Of a DNA stretch of 53,973 nucleotides, positions 10,935 to 21,478 are shown piece by piece. How positions within the stretch are numbered: the stretch's first letter is position 1; every line of letters begins with the position of its first letter. Source of the stretch: Salisapilia sapeloensis CBS 127946 (taxonomy: Eukaryota; Protista; Oomycota); assembly GCA_023334545.1 (NCBI GenBank), contig JAADVB010000119.1:1-53973 (forward strand). The letters are read 5' to 3'. A program made the translations under genes and the position numbers. The notes under the pieces are model-generated. The model was not told the DNA's origin, made no database searches, and worked only from the letters and a program-made list of their open reading frames with translations.

Positions 10935-12914
10935 TTATTTGCTACTAACTAGACACTTGTAGTACGAAATGTTGTTCTGATAGAGTGCAAGACAGGTGAG
11001 AATATGCCGAGATTCCGTTGCTAGTAGTACATGGCTTTCCTGCAAGCGTACGAGTACTCTCAGCACTAGATGTAAAGCCTCTGGAAGCTTGAAATCATAG
11101 TACGATACGTTGAAACTATTTGTGGATTGAAGGAGGTAGCCAAAGCCGACCTCGGATAGTAATCGACCTGAGTATACTGCTTCCTCATCTACTCTTTGCT
11201 TCCAGACTCGATGCTCATCATCATCCTGCCGCATCTGTACATACTCTTCTTTGGCTTTATCTAGCTTTACTATATTCTGTCGGATGTGGCCGAGGAGTAC
11301 GTTCAGATCTTCATCTGAAGTGGTAGAAGTGTCTGGAAACAAGTCGATGAGACGCGTGTTCGATGTCTCAGCAAAGTAGGAAGCATTGGCATAAAACGGA
11401 GAGTTTGAGCTTTGAGCTAGCTGCGTGAACACATCGCGATTGCTGTTTGTAGTGGACGTTGTGACATTGGTAAAGCCTAGAATAGAATCTGCAAACTCGT
11501 CGCAATTGCGATCTTGAGGTGAATACCAGACTGTAGAAGGTGCTTGGAGACCTAATGACAAAGCGGAAACTTCGGCGTCGAAAGCTTGGTTGATTGTGTC
11601 GAGTATCAAATCGATACGACTTGATCTTTTGCTTTCCAATGCAGCATCACCGGCAAGGATGGCACTTAATCTAGAACGCAATGACGGTGTGTAGATCGTC
11701 ACGCCTGACCGGATATTCTTCGGAGATGGAGTATCATCTCGTGTATCGGATGATACGTACTGAGCTCGACATTGACAGATCGGTACGGTGTGCCCAGGAA
11801 AACATGGAAACGAGTACAAGCTTCGCGTGCCATTTACGAGTACGTCTTCGAGCGAATTTGTATCATTCGTCTCCTGATTGTTGATATTAACTGGTAAATC
11901 TGTTACTTCACTTGGTGAAGTTCTTTCGAAAGCATCTACGAATACTAATTGGCATCCAACTGGTGTGTCCATTTTTTTCAAGATCGGAATTCCAGTGTTA
12001 AAGTCGATCTCAAGCATACGCTGAAGTGCTTTGTCGAAAACGATCGACTCGTTCTCAGTTGATAGATCTGTAAACACTGGATGGCGATCTTCTGTATTTC
12101 GATATGACGAATCTGCACTTGTCGATATGTTCATCCTAGCATGCAAAAAATCTCGTGCAAATAGAATGATATGCCTCGAATCGGTCAGTCGAGCTTTCCA
12201 TGGCCAGTGATAGTTTATGGCAGGGATATGTGCGGGTGGAAGTTGCTTGTCATTTGTGTAATAGATTGCTTCGTATCCTGGATATGGTGTCCAATGGCGT
12301 GCATAAGATGGATAGATGGCATATCTACCTGAAGGTTCCATTTCCCTCGAGACGTTGTTAATCTCAAGAGCTTCCATTTCCCATCGTATTATCTGCTCAT
12401 CACTTGGCGGAGAGATGTTAAACCTAGCGTAGAGGTCCGTAGCATTCATATTCGCTAGTTCGTGTAATTGTACTTGCTTCCTTATCTTTTCTCCGTACAT
12501 AGCGTCGGCCATATTGGCCAGTTTCTCCTTAAAATTCGCTGCGAATGGAAAGGCTAGTTCCCGAAGAAAATACGTTCGGAGTGCTTTATTACGTCGTTCA
12601 CCAGATCGAGTATCAGGCATTGGGGACACAAGAGTGTATAGCATGAAGCGAGATGCAGCGGATGTGGCGTTCCATCCTTGTGGGGAAAAGTACCATTGAG
12701 ATGGAGGAGATAGATCACTCGTTGCATTCTTCCACATATCCTCCCATGATATACCATTGTAGTCTACAGGACCATAAAGCGCCGATTCATTGATTGGTGC
12801 TTCCACTTGCCGTGCATTGGGCATGCTGGTGGAACCTGTTAACTCTGACAATGCAGGCAAGATGTGGGCATATAGGACGCATAGCGCCCATATAAGTATG
12901 ACGTCGTAACGCAT
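10935..12914 (-). CDS. Uncharacterised secreted or surface glycoprotein (~659 aa; 3' end may be spliced)
   Basis: Long ORF with a hydrophobic signal peptide (MRYDVILIWALCVLYAHILPALS) and about 14 N-x-S/T sequons by my count; no family recognised. Confidence 0.7.
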   Translation of the reverse strand: MRYDVILIWALCVLYAHILPALSELTGSTSMPNARQVEAPINESALYGPVDYNGISWEDMWKNATSDLSPPSQWYFSPQGWNATSAASRFMLYTLVSPMPDTRSGERRNKALRTYFLRELAFPFAANFKEKLANMADAMYGEKIRKQVQLHELANMNATDLYARFNISPPSDEQIIRWEMEALEINNVSREMEPSGRYAIYPSYARHWTPYPGYEAIYYTNDKQLPPAHIPAINYHWPWKARLTDSRHIILFARDFLHARMNISTSADSSYRNTEDRHPVFTDLSTENESIVFDKALQRMLEIDFNTGIPILKKMDTPVGCQLVFVDAFERTSPSEVTDLPVNINNQETNDTNSLEDVLVNGTRSLYSFPCFPGHTVPICQCRAQYVSSDTRDDTPSPKNIRSGVTIYTPSLRSRLSAILAGDAALESKRSSRIDLILDTINQAFDAEVSALSLGLQAPSTVWYSPQDRNCDEFADSILGFTNVTTSTTNSNRDVFTQLAQSSNSPFYANASYFAETSNTRLIDLFPDTSTTSDEDLNVLLGHIRQNIVKLDKAKEEYVQMRQDDDEHRVWKQRVDEEAVYSGRLLSEVGFGYLLQSTNSFNVSYYDFKLPEALHLVLRVLVRLQESHVLLATESRHILTCLALYQNNISYYKCLVSSK

Positions 12915-13484
12915 CGTAGAGCTTCTCTTGGAATAAAACTTACTTGTTCTTGCTTTGGGTCGAATATGCTACTGAATAAAATACTTTAAATAGGATGAGA
13001 ACGCTACGAGTCGGTCAATCGAGCGAGATATTTGGTGACAAGAGTGAACTTAATATAAGGACACAACATATTATGCTGGCAAATTAATTCATTTAGTGCT
13101 TTCTACTCTTCACAGCATGCTGGAAACATTCCCGCAGTTTCTGGAACTCCTTTTCGCAAGCACCTTTCGAGACACCTCCCGTGATATTAGCCACACAGGC
13201 TCCGTAGACTTGGATCTGCCATGACAACGTATACAATGAATGATCGTTCTCACATAAGTTCAAAAGACAGGTATCTTACATCTTGAGGACATTTTTCCAC
13301 CATGGATGCGAAATGCTGGCTCATTTGTGCCGGCTTCTTAGTCCTGCTTCCTGTCATCTCTTGCTTGTCTGCTTAGTGTCCAAATTCGCTCAGGCGATAT
13401 TTCTGCCAATCCGAGAACGTCTTTTTTATTTTCCACCAACCACAGAATCTAATTGAGCACAAAAGCATAACCTATTTGACAGAT

Positions 13485-14591
13485 ATGACGAAATGGCGTC
13501 GCCATCTTGGCACTTCGAGTCTACCACGCGGCTTCCAGACGAATGAAGAAGCCCAAGAAGCTGTACACGGTCAAGGTGACTCTTTATTGTTCAGCTCGGA
13601 TAGCGAATGGAGCGATACCGACGTGGCTGAGAGCCCGACGCCAGATCAACAGAATGCTCTCCTGGCGTTGCGTTCCGAAATACAAAACCGCATACAGGAA
13701 TTACAAGACGGGTCGGAAAAAGACTTTTTACTAGGTTGTGCAGTGCTTGAATTGAGGAAACAAACGCGCGTACACAATGCCTATGGTGCGTTCGAGCGTT
13801 TAAAAAGAAGCGCGGATGGTTTGTACGAATATGAATCTCAGCTGGCTCATAATCAATACCGTCAAAGCTGTACAAAATTGCAACGAGAAATGGATGATGA
13901 GATATGTCGTGAGATCAGACGTCTAGAGAACACGCGTGACGGGGTATCAGTCATGGACAGGCGACGGTTGACACGTCATGCCCAGCAATCGGCGAGTTCA
14001 GGCGAGCCACAGACGATCACGAATCATCTTGGTTGGGCAAATGGTGGACAAGGAGCCCAGAATGACAGTAAAAACAACGTTTCTCCCCCTTCAAACGGAC
14101 CTCTGCCAAGTACTCGGATGTATCCATTGAACCCAGTGATTGATGGCGAAAGCAGCGCCGCATCGGAAGCACATGAAAAGGCCATTCAGGAGCAAAAGGA
14201 GTTGAAAGCTTTACTTGACAAACCACGTGTCTTTCCGACGCTACAGAAAAGAGCTCCTGCGGAACAAGTAACGAGTGATCTGAATGCCATCACAGATCAA
14301 GTCGGACGAGTTTCCTCTTCCTTCGTACCATCGCAGAAACCTTTCCAGCATGACCAGCCGAATCGTGTCAAGAGACGGAAACTTAACCCGAAGATGTTGC
14401 AAGAAGGGCAAAAGGTAACATTACTCAAGGCCACGGATGACGAATGGCAGGAAGTTGTATCCGGAACGATCATATCGGCGACGAAATCCATGGTCTACCT
14501 CCAGACACGTTCAGAACAGTTTGAAAAGGTGCCGATCGAAGATATCGTGCGTCAGCGAGTTCGACTGGAACCCACGGATAACATAGATTAA
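13485..14591 (+). CDS. Second Sds3-like protein with the same C-terminal beta-rich domain
   Basis: LYEYESQLAHNQYRQSCTKLQREMDDEICREIRRLE parallels the 8744-9936 gene. C-terminus LQEGQKVTLL...SGTIISATKSMVYLQTRSEQFEKVPIEDIVRQRVRLEP. Confidence 0.7.
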   Translation: MTKWRRHLGTSSLPRGFQTNEEAQEAVHGQGDSLLFSSDSEWSDTDVAESPTPDQQNALLALRSEIQNRIQELQDGSEKDFLLGCAVLELRKQTRVHNAYGAFERLKRSADGLYEYESQLAHNQYRQSCTKLQREMDDEICREIRRLENTRDGVSVMDRRRLTRHAQQSASSGEPQTITNHLGWANGGQGAQNDSKNNVSPPSNGPLPSTRMYPLNPVIDGESSAASEAHEKAIQEQKELKALLDKPRVFPTLQKRAPAEQVTSDLNAITDQVGRVSSSFVPSQKPFQHDQPNRVKRRKLNPKMLQEGQKVTLLKATDDEWQEVVSGTIISATKSMVYLQTRSEQFEKVPIEDIVRQRVRLEPTDNID

Positions 14592-14624
14592 ATCAGATTA
14601 ATAAGAATGAGCACCAAGAGCCGT

Positions 14625-16085
14625 TTATTTCGTTTTCCGAAGACGGTCTTGACCGCCGAGGTACGGTTGTAAGACGTCGGGTACAAGGACGCTGCCATCC
14701 TCTTGCTGATGCGTTTCTAAGAGACTGACGAGCAGTCTGGGTACAGCACAGGCTGTGCCATTAAGAGTATGAGCAAACTGCGGTGACTCCTTTTTATCCT
14801 CACGATGACGAATGTGCAGTCTTCTAGACTGGTAGTCCGTACACATACTAATACTCGCTACTTCGCCATATTCCTGTCGACCAGGCATGTACGCCATCAC
14901 GTCGTACTTGCGATATGCTGGTGCACCTAGATCTTCCGTCGCCATATCCAGCACCTTGAAGTGGAGTCCCAACTCGGAGCAGAGTTCAATCTGTAGCTCA
15001 AGCATTTCATTGAAGAATACTTCACTTTGTGTCATATCGGCACAAAAGCCGAACATTTCGACTTTCGAGAATTGATGCACGCGATAAAGACCCCGATTGA
15101 GACGGCCACCATGACCGGCCTCCGTTCGGAAGCAATGGGAATGGGCAGCGTACTTTAGTGGGAGGTCACTCGTCTTTAGCATCTCATCGCTTTGCATACC
15201 TGCTAAGGAGATCTCAGATGTGGCAGCGAGACATAGGTCAGAGTTTTCGATGGAATAGATTTGCGTCGCTTCTCCACGTGGTTGGAAGCCACAACCTTCC
15301 ACCATTTTGTGGTGAGCGACATCTGGAGGTAGAACGACCTGGAAGCCGCGACTACGGAGTCGTGACAATGTGTGATGTACAAGAGCGAGCTCTAGCATCG
15401 CGCCTTCGTTACGCAAAGCGACGAATTTACTGCCACTGACTTTAGCTGCCTGTGTCAAGTCTAGTATATCGAGGTCTAATGCTAGGTCAACATGGTCTTT
15501 TGGATCAAAAGTATAGACTGGTAAATCTCCGTGGGTCATGACGGTCCGAGACTTATCTTCATCACCAACAGGACTATCCGGATGAGTCTCATTCGGTAGC
15601 TTTAGAGCCTCAGATTCGAGCTGACTCGTGACAGATTCGAGCTCAGTCTCGCAGTCAGCAATTTCAGTCTTGAGTTCCTGACCACGAGTCTGACGCTTGG
15701 AGGCCTCCTCCTCGGAACCTCCGCTGCGCTTGAGTTCGCCTAGTGCTTTGGCATTGGCATTGCGTTCAGCACGTAGTTCATTTGCACGTTGTTTAAGCGA
15801 ATTCGACTGTTCATACAACGTTGCCACAAGTCTTGGATTGGCATCCGAGGCTCGCTGACGTGCATTGAGTTCTGCAGCATCAATGTTTTGCAGCAGTGTT
15901 CTGTAGTCGATACGAGGTTTGATGTGACTGTGGTTATTGGTCACTTCGGAAGGTTCTTGCAAATTGGAGGATGATTGCACAGACGATAACCAGCGACTAT
16001 GAATTGTATTGGATCTAGTCGATCGAATAGCAACCGCCCGAGAGGCTGGAAAGAGCCTCCGTAGACTGCCAAAGTAGCTTGTCAT
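14625..16085 (-). CDS. SARS2: Seryl-tRNA synthetase, mitochondrial type
   Basis: LPNETHPDSPVG, LAATSE, CFRTEAG, GLYRVHQFSKVEMF, HTLNGTACAVPR; Arg/Ser-rich presequence. Confidence 0.96.
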   Translation of the reverse strand: MTSYFGSLRRLFPASRAVAIRSTRSNTIHSRWLSSVQSSSNLQEPSEVTNNHSHIKPRIDYRTLLQNIDAAELNARQRASDANPRLVATLYEQSNSLKQRANELRAERNANAKALGELKRSGGSEEEASKRQTRGQELKTEIADCETELESVTSQLESEALKLPNETHPDSPVGDEDKSRTVMTHGDLPVYTFDPKDHVDLALDLDILDLTQAAKVSGSKFVALRNEGAMLELALVHHTLSRLRSRGFQVVLPPDVAHHKMVEGCGFQPRGEATQIYSIENSDLCLAATSEISLAGMQSDEMLKTSDLPLKYAAHSHCFRTEAGHGGRLNRGLYRVHQFSKVEMFGFCADMTQSEVFFNEMLELQIELCSELGLHFKVLDMATEDLGAPAYRKYDVMAYMPGRQEYGEVASISMCTDYQSRRLHIRHREDKKESPQFAHTLNGTACAVPRLLVSLLETHQQEDGSVLVPDVLQPYLGGQDRLRKTK

Positions 16086-16537
16086 GTTTCGATGTATGTG
16101 GTTGTGCGTCCAACTCATAGTCAGGTGCATATACTCGATCAAGTACGAATTTAGATATTGAGGCGCATCTATGGCGCTAAATGATGTTTTCTATGTAAAC
16201 TTTGGTGTGGACTCACTGTATTTCGTCTTCACCATGCCAACGATAAAGTGGTATGTGATGGAGACGAAAGCAGGCAAGTCCTAACTTTTTATGTTGCACC
16301 GCAATGTGAAATGGATTGCAAAGGAGCAATCGGGAGGAGAACCAATTGCCAACTTCTGTGAGGTGCTATGCAGTAGATTGTATACAAGTACAGGAGCAAG
16401 CAGTGTTGCGTCCTGCCGCGAAAATTGAAAAATGAGCAAAGTGGTGGCTGAGACGGACATGTGCACTTTTGTAATATTCGGAGGATCGGGTGGTACATTT
16501 GTAAATGGAGCCACCGTACTTCTGAACTGATCAAAGG

Positions 16538-17440
16538 ATGGAAGACGTTCCCTCCCGTGTCTTGGTCGTATCCACCTCCTCTAGCGATATCAATCGCTTT
16601 GCATCTGCCCTGCTAAAGCAATGCAAGCAACAAGCGACAGAAAGCCCCGTGCAAAATCTGCATTTGGACAATAAGTATTACTCTGCAGATCTTGAGCTGC
16701 ATTCGTGCGTTCTTGATAACGATGGACCTACTGCACCGCTCTCACACGAAACTTCCAGCTTTGAAGCTATTGTATGGATCGTTGATTTGGATGAAGATGC
16801 CTCAATGCTACTGTCTCGCCCATTCATCCAGCAAAGTGTAGACGAGCATACATTCGATGTATCATTACTGATTACTCTGCATGCTTCGAATTCGAGCAAG
16901 AAGCAGGAGCTGTGTGAGTGGGGTCAAGAGCACTTGTTTGAGTACATTGAGTTGGATCCTGATAGCAATCTCCACGATTTCGAGCTGCATCATCAGGGCA
17001 ACTATCAAGAAAAAACAGGCATGGAAAGAGTGGTAGAAGTACTGGAGAGTAATATGTGGAGCTCCATGTGCATGAAGAAGATGTCTGACTCTACGGATTC
17101 ACCAGCCGAGAAGGACACGAGTGAGAAACCAGCTACAACTGTGGAGAAAGGGGAAGATGATAAACTGAATAAGGCTTTAAAGTCTCTCGACATGCTAGAC
17201 GTATCTGATTCGGCTCATCAGACTTCTCAAGGCTCTTCTGATGCTTTGTTAAGCAGCTCGGAGCTCGGAGATGACGGTGATTTGGCGGAATTCAGTTCTT
17301 TATTGGCGCAAGCTCAGAATATACGTGACCAAGGACACCTCATGTCGGAAGAAGAACGACGTGAGAAGGCATCCAAGGTTGCCATGCAATTGCTGGAAGC
17401 CATGGGCGAAAGTGACGAGGAGGAAGGAAGCGCCAAGTAG
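16538..17440 (+). CDS. AAGAB: Alpha- and gamma-adaptin-binding protein p34
   Basis: LDNKYYSADL, EWGQEHLFEYIEL, EKTGMERVVEVLESNMWS, C-terminal EERREKASKVAMQL. Confidence 0.82.
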   Translation: MEDVPSRVLVVSTSSSDINRFASALLKQCKQQATESPVQNLHLDNKYYSADLELHSCVLDNDGPTAPLSHETSSFEAIVWIVDLDEDASMLLSRPFIQQSVDEHTFDVSLLITLHASNSSKKQELCEWGQEHLFEYIELDPDSNLHDFELHHQGNYQEKTGMERVVEVLESNMWSSMCMKKMSDSTDSPAEKDTSEKPATTVEKGEDDKLNKALKSLDMLDVSDSAHQTSQGSSDALLSSSELGDDGDLAEFSSLLAQAQNIRDQGHLMSEEERREKASKVAMQLLEAMGESDEEEGSAK

Positions 17441-17575
17441 ATACTTCATACAACCACTTCAATACACAACGCTTTCTTTTCATTGGGTAAAATAATTTTT
17501 GAACGTACCAGATTGGTTGAAAAGAGACCTGGTTGTAAGCGCCATACGAAAGGATCGAAAAGCTCGACATTAAAT

Positions 17576-18049
17576 ATGGCGGACGCAGGTACTTCGAGTG
17601 TAGAGCAGCAAGAGATCAATCTCACGGGTCTCTCGCTCGAGCAGTTGAACTCGCTCAAGTCTCAGCTTGAACAGGAGCTTCAGCAACTTAGCAGCTCCTT
17701 CACGGGACTGCGAGAAGCTCAGACGCGGTTTGGCGAGTCCAAGGAGTCGCTCTCGAGTCTGCAGAAGAGTGAGGAAGGAAAGCAGGTACTCGTGCCTTTG
17801 ACGTCTTCGATGTTTGCACCAGCCAAGCTGGCTGATGTGAATGACGTGCTAGTGGATATTGGCACCGGGTACTATGTCCAGCACGACGTGGACAACGCAA
17901 AGCAGTTCATGGATCGCAAAGTGGCATTTTTACAGCAGAACTTGGACGCGCTGAAGGAAGTACTGGAGAACAAGCGAACGATGCTACAGAATGTTGTCAT
18001 GGTCATGCAGTATAAGATGCAAGCAACGCAACAATCACAGAGCAGTTAA
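17576..18049 (+). CDS. PFDN5: Prefoldin subunit 5 (alpha type)
   Basis: LSLEQLNSLKSQLEQE, VLVPLTSSMFAPAKL, VLVDIGTGYYV. Confidence 0.95.
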   Translation: MADAGTSSVEQQEINLTGLSLEQLNSLKSQLEQELQQLSSSFTGLREAQTRFGESKESLSSLQKSEEGKQVLVPLTSSMFAPAKLADVNDVLVDIGTGYYVQHDVDNAKQFMDRKVAFLQQNLDALKEVLENKRTMLQNVVMVMQYKMQATQQSQSS

Positions 18050-18385
18050 TTTTGTTTCAAAGATAATTGCTTTCCTTTTCTTTTATGCCTCCACCATACT
18101 TGTATACCTGAGTACAAGTGTATCCAAGATGTCCTATCATCTCGATAATGCTCTTGGTCGTCTGTAACTTTGCTCCTTGAAGTATTAATTTGGAGGTTTA
18201 AGATGAATATTTAGCACGCTTTGGGGGAATGCACACTAATGTTCACGCGTCGCATTATTCCTTTCATCAAATATGAAGAATTGCGGTACGTATAAAAGGT
18301 AGGTGGAAACAATTAATAGGCATGCTTTCTGGCTGTATAACAAGCGTGAAGTAGATTGTATCACTGACGTTATGGATCATCCTAT

Positions 18386-18730
18386 CTAGTAAATGTGAAC
18401 GAGTCCGTACGCGAGTGTCCAGAACAGAACGAACGAAGCTGCTTGTGTGAACACACGACCGAATAGGAAAGATGCTGTGGATTCGTGGAAGTACTGTGGG
18501 ACGTCCATCTGCAGCTTGACGACCCAAATCGCAATGGCCGTGATGAAGTACATGGCGATAAGGAAGGCAAAGCCGGTGAGTCCTGTGAGTCCCATGATGC
18601 CTGCAATGCTCCCAGAGACGACGCTCATGGAGGTGTGGCAAAACTCGACCGCTTTTTCATTCTTCTTGCGGCTTTCCGCCGAAAACAGCTCGACGTTCTT
18701 GTCACCTCCCTCCTGCTGTTGCATCTGCAT
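18386..18730 (-). CDS. EMC6: ER membrane protein complex subunit 6
   Basis: N..AVEFCHTSMSVVSGSIAGIMGLTG and C-terminal FVLFWTLAYGLVHIY. Confidence 0.92.
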   Translation of the reverse strand: MQMQQQEGGDKNVELFSAESRKKNEKAVEFCHTSMSVVSGSIAGIMGLTGLTGFAFLIAMYFITAIAIWVVKLQMDVPQYFHESTASFLFGRVFTQAASFVLFWTLAYGLVHIY

Positions 18731-18920
18731 GTTTGGTTGTGTAAGATTTAACGGTTAGGATTTCGGACACTTGTTAAGGTATTGTTCAATCGGCATTTAG
18801 CAATATCCTTTTTGAACATCAAAAACAGAAACTTCAAGGCATAATTTGGCGGCAATTTCATTTGGAGACGAGCCAGGATACTTGAGTCCATAGTGTAGTA
18901 TTTAGCGTTCGAAAGGCAAC

Positions 18921-19382
18921 ATGACGCAGTACATGACGACGAAGCTTATTAATAGGCGGCCACCAACATTGTCGCTTTGTCTTGTGCAACTACGAAGTAG
19001 AAAGTTGCATTCGACGCTAGGTGGAGACGTTCACAGGGAGCAAAGAAATCCGACGCCTGACACAGAGCCGGCCTCACTAGTCCGAGAAATGGCGTCCAAT
19101 ATGCACGTAGCTCAGAACGAGCAGCAGGAGCTTGTCATCCGAAACAGACCGGCTATACGTCGACTTCATTTTCGCAAGACCAAGCGAGAGCTAGAACGGG
19201 AGCAGCGTGCCCGTTTGTATCGTACAATCCGTGCAAAGCCACCGTCTGACCGGAGCGTGCATACGAAAATCAAGTGGCAACGCAAATACGCTCAACTCCG
19301 GTTTCTTCACGAGCGTCGTATCTACAGCCTTGACCGTCCTGTTCGTCCACAACGTCAGCTCCAATTCGAGAATTTGCCTTGA
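18921..19382 (+). CDS. Hypothetical basic protein
   Basis: 153-aa ORF head-to-head with EMC6; Arg/Lys-rich; no motif recognised. Confidence 0.5.
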   Translation: MTQYMTTKLINRRPPTLSLCLVQLRSRKLHSTLGGDVHREQRNPTPDTEPASLVREMASNMHVAQNEQQELVIRNRPAIRRLHFRKTKRELEREQRARLYRTIRAKPPSDRSVHTKIKWQRKYAQLRFLHERRIYSLDRPVRPQRQLQFENLP

Positions 19383-19649
19383 CTTTCCCATTAGCTAAGT
19401 AAGATTTTACTATTCCAACTACAATAAACAAGTTAGCATCCTCTTCATCGCTTTCATCCTTTAGTCGATCACCATTTGCCTTTTCAAGATCGCGAATTTC
19501 AGTATCCGCGGTCGTTCCGAATGAAAAGGATAGAATCTATTTGAAAGCTGTATATAAATTATCCGATTAAAGCAGGACTAAGAGAGATTTTTGAAGCCAG
19601 AACGTGGTGAAAAGACAAAATCGAAAGAAAAAAAAGAGCTGGACGGAGG

Positions 19650-19889
19650 ATGACGGCGGGGCTTATAGTCACAGCAGCATACCTCTCTGGGGCAGTCTGC
19701 ATTGTACTATTCACGCTAGCAGTGCTCTGGATTGTTGTGTGGAAATTCGTGCTGGCAAAAATGCCGTTTATCCAGGAGCTCTTCGATCTCAAACGGCCGC
19801 GAAGTTCGAGCAATCTATCGAAGCAAGACCCTGAGACGATTTCATTCGAGAGTCGATACAAATCGTATCGCCAAGTACGTCTTGCATGA
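19650..19889 (+). CDS. Small single-pass membrane protein, SMIM13-like
   Basis: TM helix followed by WIVVWKFVLAKMPFIQELF, resembling the SMIM13 WxxxLSKFxFLREL motif. Confidence 0.6.
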   Translation: MTAGLIVTAAYLSGAVCIVLFTLAVLWIVVWKFVLAKMPFIQELFDLKRPRSSSNLSKQDPETISFESRYKSYRQVRLA

Positions 19890-20058
19890 ACTATATTGTA
19901 TGCTATCGTGTTATTAATCGCTGTGATGACGATAGAAGCGACAATCGGTAAAAAATTTGCGGTGAGCTGAAGGAGGGAGATATATGATGATAGACTAATA
20001 ATACAGCATTGCATTATACTTTACAAGAGCATATCGTCTTGCTATTGCATCATTTTAT

Positions 20059-20371
20059 TCATTTTTCCCGGTTGGAACTAGAACTCGTAGTTTGCTTCTC
20101 ATTATGTTGACCAAATACATCCTCGCCACTCTTCTGGCTGTCAGATTGAGCTGCATTACGCTCTTGAAGCTGCTGCTGCACTGGTTTGTGTACTTGAGAC
20201 TGCATGTCTTCTGGCAGCTCCCAGTAGCTTCGGCCCTTGGCCATGTTATAATAATACACACGCTAGCACACACCAAGTTGGCATAAAAATTCATACGTAT
20301 CTAAATACAAAGCAAGGTAGCAATACGCCTTGATCGTCCATGTGCTGCGTCCATAGACCACTCTTCTCCAT
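20059..20371 (-). CDS. Small WW-domain protein (intron 20263-20326)
   Basis: Spliced MEKSGLWTQHMDDQG|RVYYYNMAKGRSYWELP matches the WW consensus W...YYYN...W..P. Confidence 0.8.
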
Positions 20372-20467
20372 CGCTGTATCCGACGCGGTAGTTGGTACAA
20401 TGAACCAAAAGTGTACCTATGCAGTTATTCTTGAAGTTCACGTCATCACGTCAGACGTGATTCAGTC

Positions 20468-21478
20468 ATGCTACGAGCATTCCAGCGGTCTCAAGCGAGA
20501 CTCTCCCTCCATATACGACCTAATGCATGGATGAAACAATTTAGCTCGGAAGGAATGGACTTTGACCAATTTTATTCGGTAGAAGTGGGTTCGAAATCTT
20601 TAGTGAGCTACATTGATATTGGACCGACGGATTCGACGATCGACGCGACCAAAGCGCCGACTATTGTGATGCTGCATGGAACTCCAGGGAGTTTCAACGA
20701 TTTTCGCTACATGGTACCACATTTGCAAGCGACCAATCGAGTCATTGGCATTACCTTGCCAGGTTTTAATGACTCCAAAGTGCTCGATCGAGAACACTTT
20801 TATGACCTCACGACAAACGTACAAGGCGCTGCCTTAACATATGAAGCTTTGCAGGAAATACTAGGTGCTCGCAAAGGTAGTGGAAACCCGAAAAACCTGT
20901 TCGTACTTGGTCATTCGTTTGGTGGGCACTCTTCCATCCACTTGACTGCCTTGGACGCGAAAGAGCAAAAGCTTCATGTTAAGGGACTCGCACTTGTCTC
21001 CTCAGCAGGGACGCGTCCTCATAAAATCTTGACCCCCTCCTTTAACGCCATCATCTGGAGCATGATTTCTTCCAAATTACCACTAGTGGAGCCAGCTGCG
21101 CGATATATCACTCGCTTGTTCATGTTGCATATACTCAAGTTTCCAAACAAAGGCGACGAAGACTACTTTATCGCTGGTTTCGCTCGAGCTGCGACAGCTG
21201 AATTTGCAAAAGTCTCCGAAGAGTTGGATCGATTGTATGACTTACCAACTTTCTATGCGTGGGCAAAGGATGACAGTCATATTGAAGAAGAAGTGTTCCA
21301 GGAAGTCGCTGCAAAGAGCCAGGCATTTGGTCCTCGCCTCGTATTTGCTTCTGGAGGACACAATATCCAAAAGACAAGAGCTGAAGTCATTTCTGAACAC
21401 CTTGTGGAATGGACGAGGAATGTTTTAGATGGGAAAGCCCAGAAAAAGTACTCGGCAACACCAGTAGAGCTTCCGTAA
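20468..21478 (+). CDS. Alpha/beta-hydrolase (serine hydrolase), tandem copy 1
   Basis: HGTPGS oxyanion motif, GHSFGG nucleophile elbow, KDD acid, GGHNIQK catalytic His. Confidence 0.9.
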   Translation: MLRAFQRSQARLSLHIRPNAWMKQFSSEGMDFDQFYSVEVGSKSLVSYIDIGPTDSTIDATKAPTIVMLHGTPGSFNDFRYMVPHLQATNRVIGITLPGFNDSKVLDREHFYDLTTNVQGAALTYEALQEILGARKGSGNPKNLFVLGHSFGGHSSIHLTALDAKEQKLHVKGLALVSSAGTRPHKILTPSFNAIIWSMISSKLPLVEPAARYITRLFMLHILKFPNKGDEDYFIAGFARAATAEFAKVSEELDRLYDLPTFYAWAKDDSHIEEEVFQEVAAKSQAFGPRLVFASGGHNIQKTRAEVISEHLVEWTRNVLDGKAQKKYSATPVELP

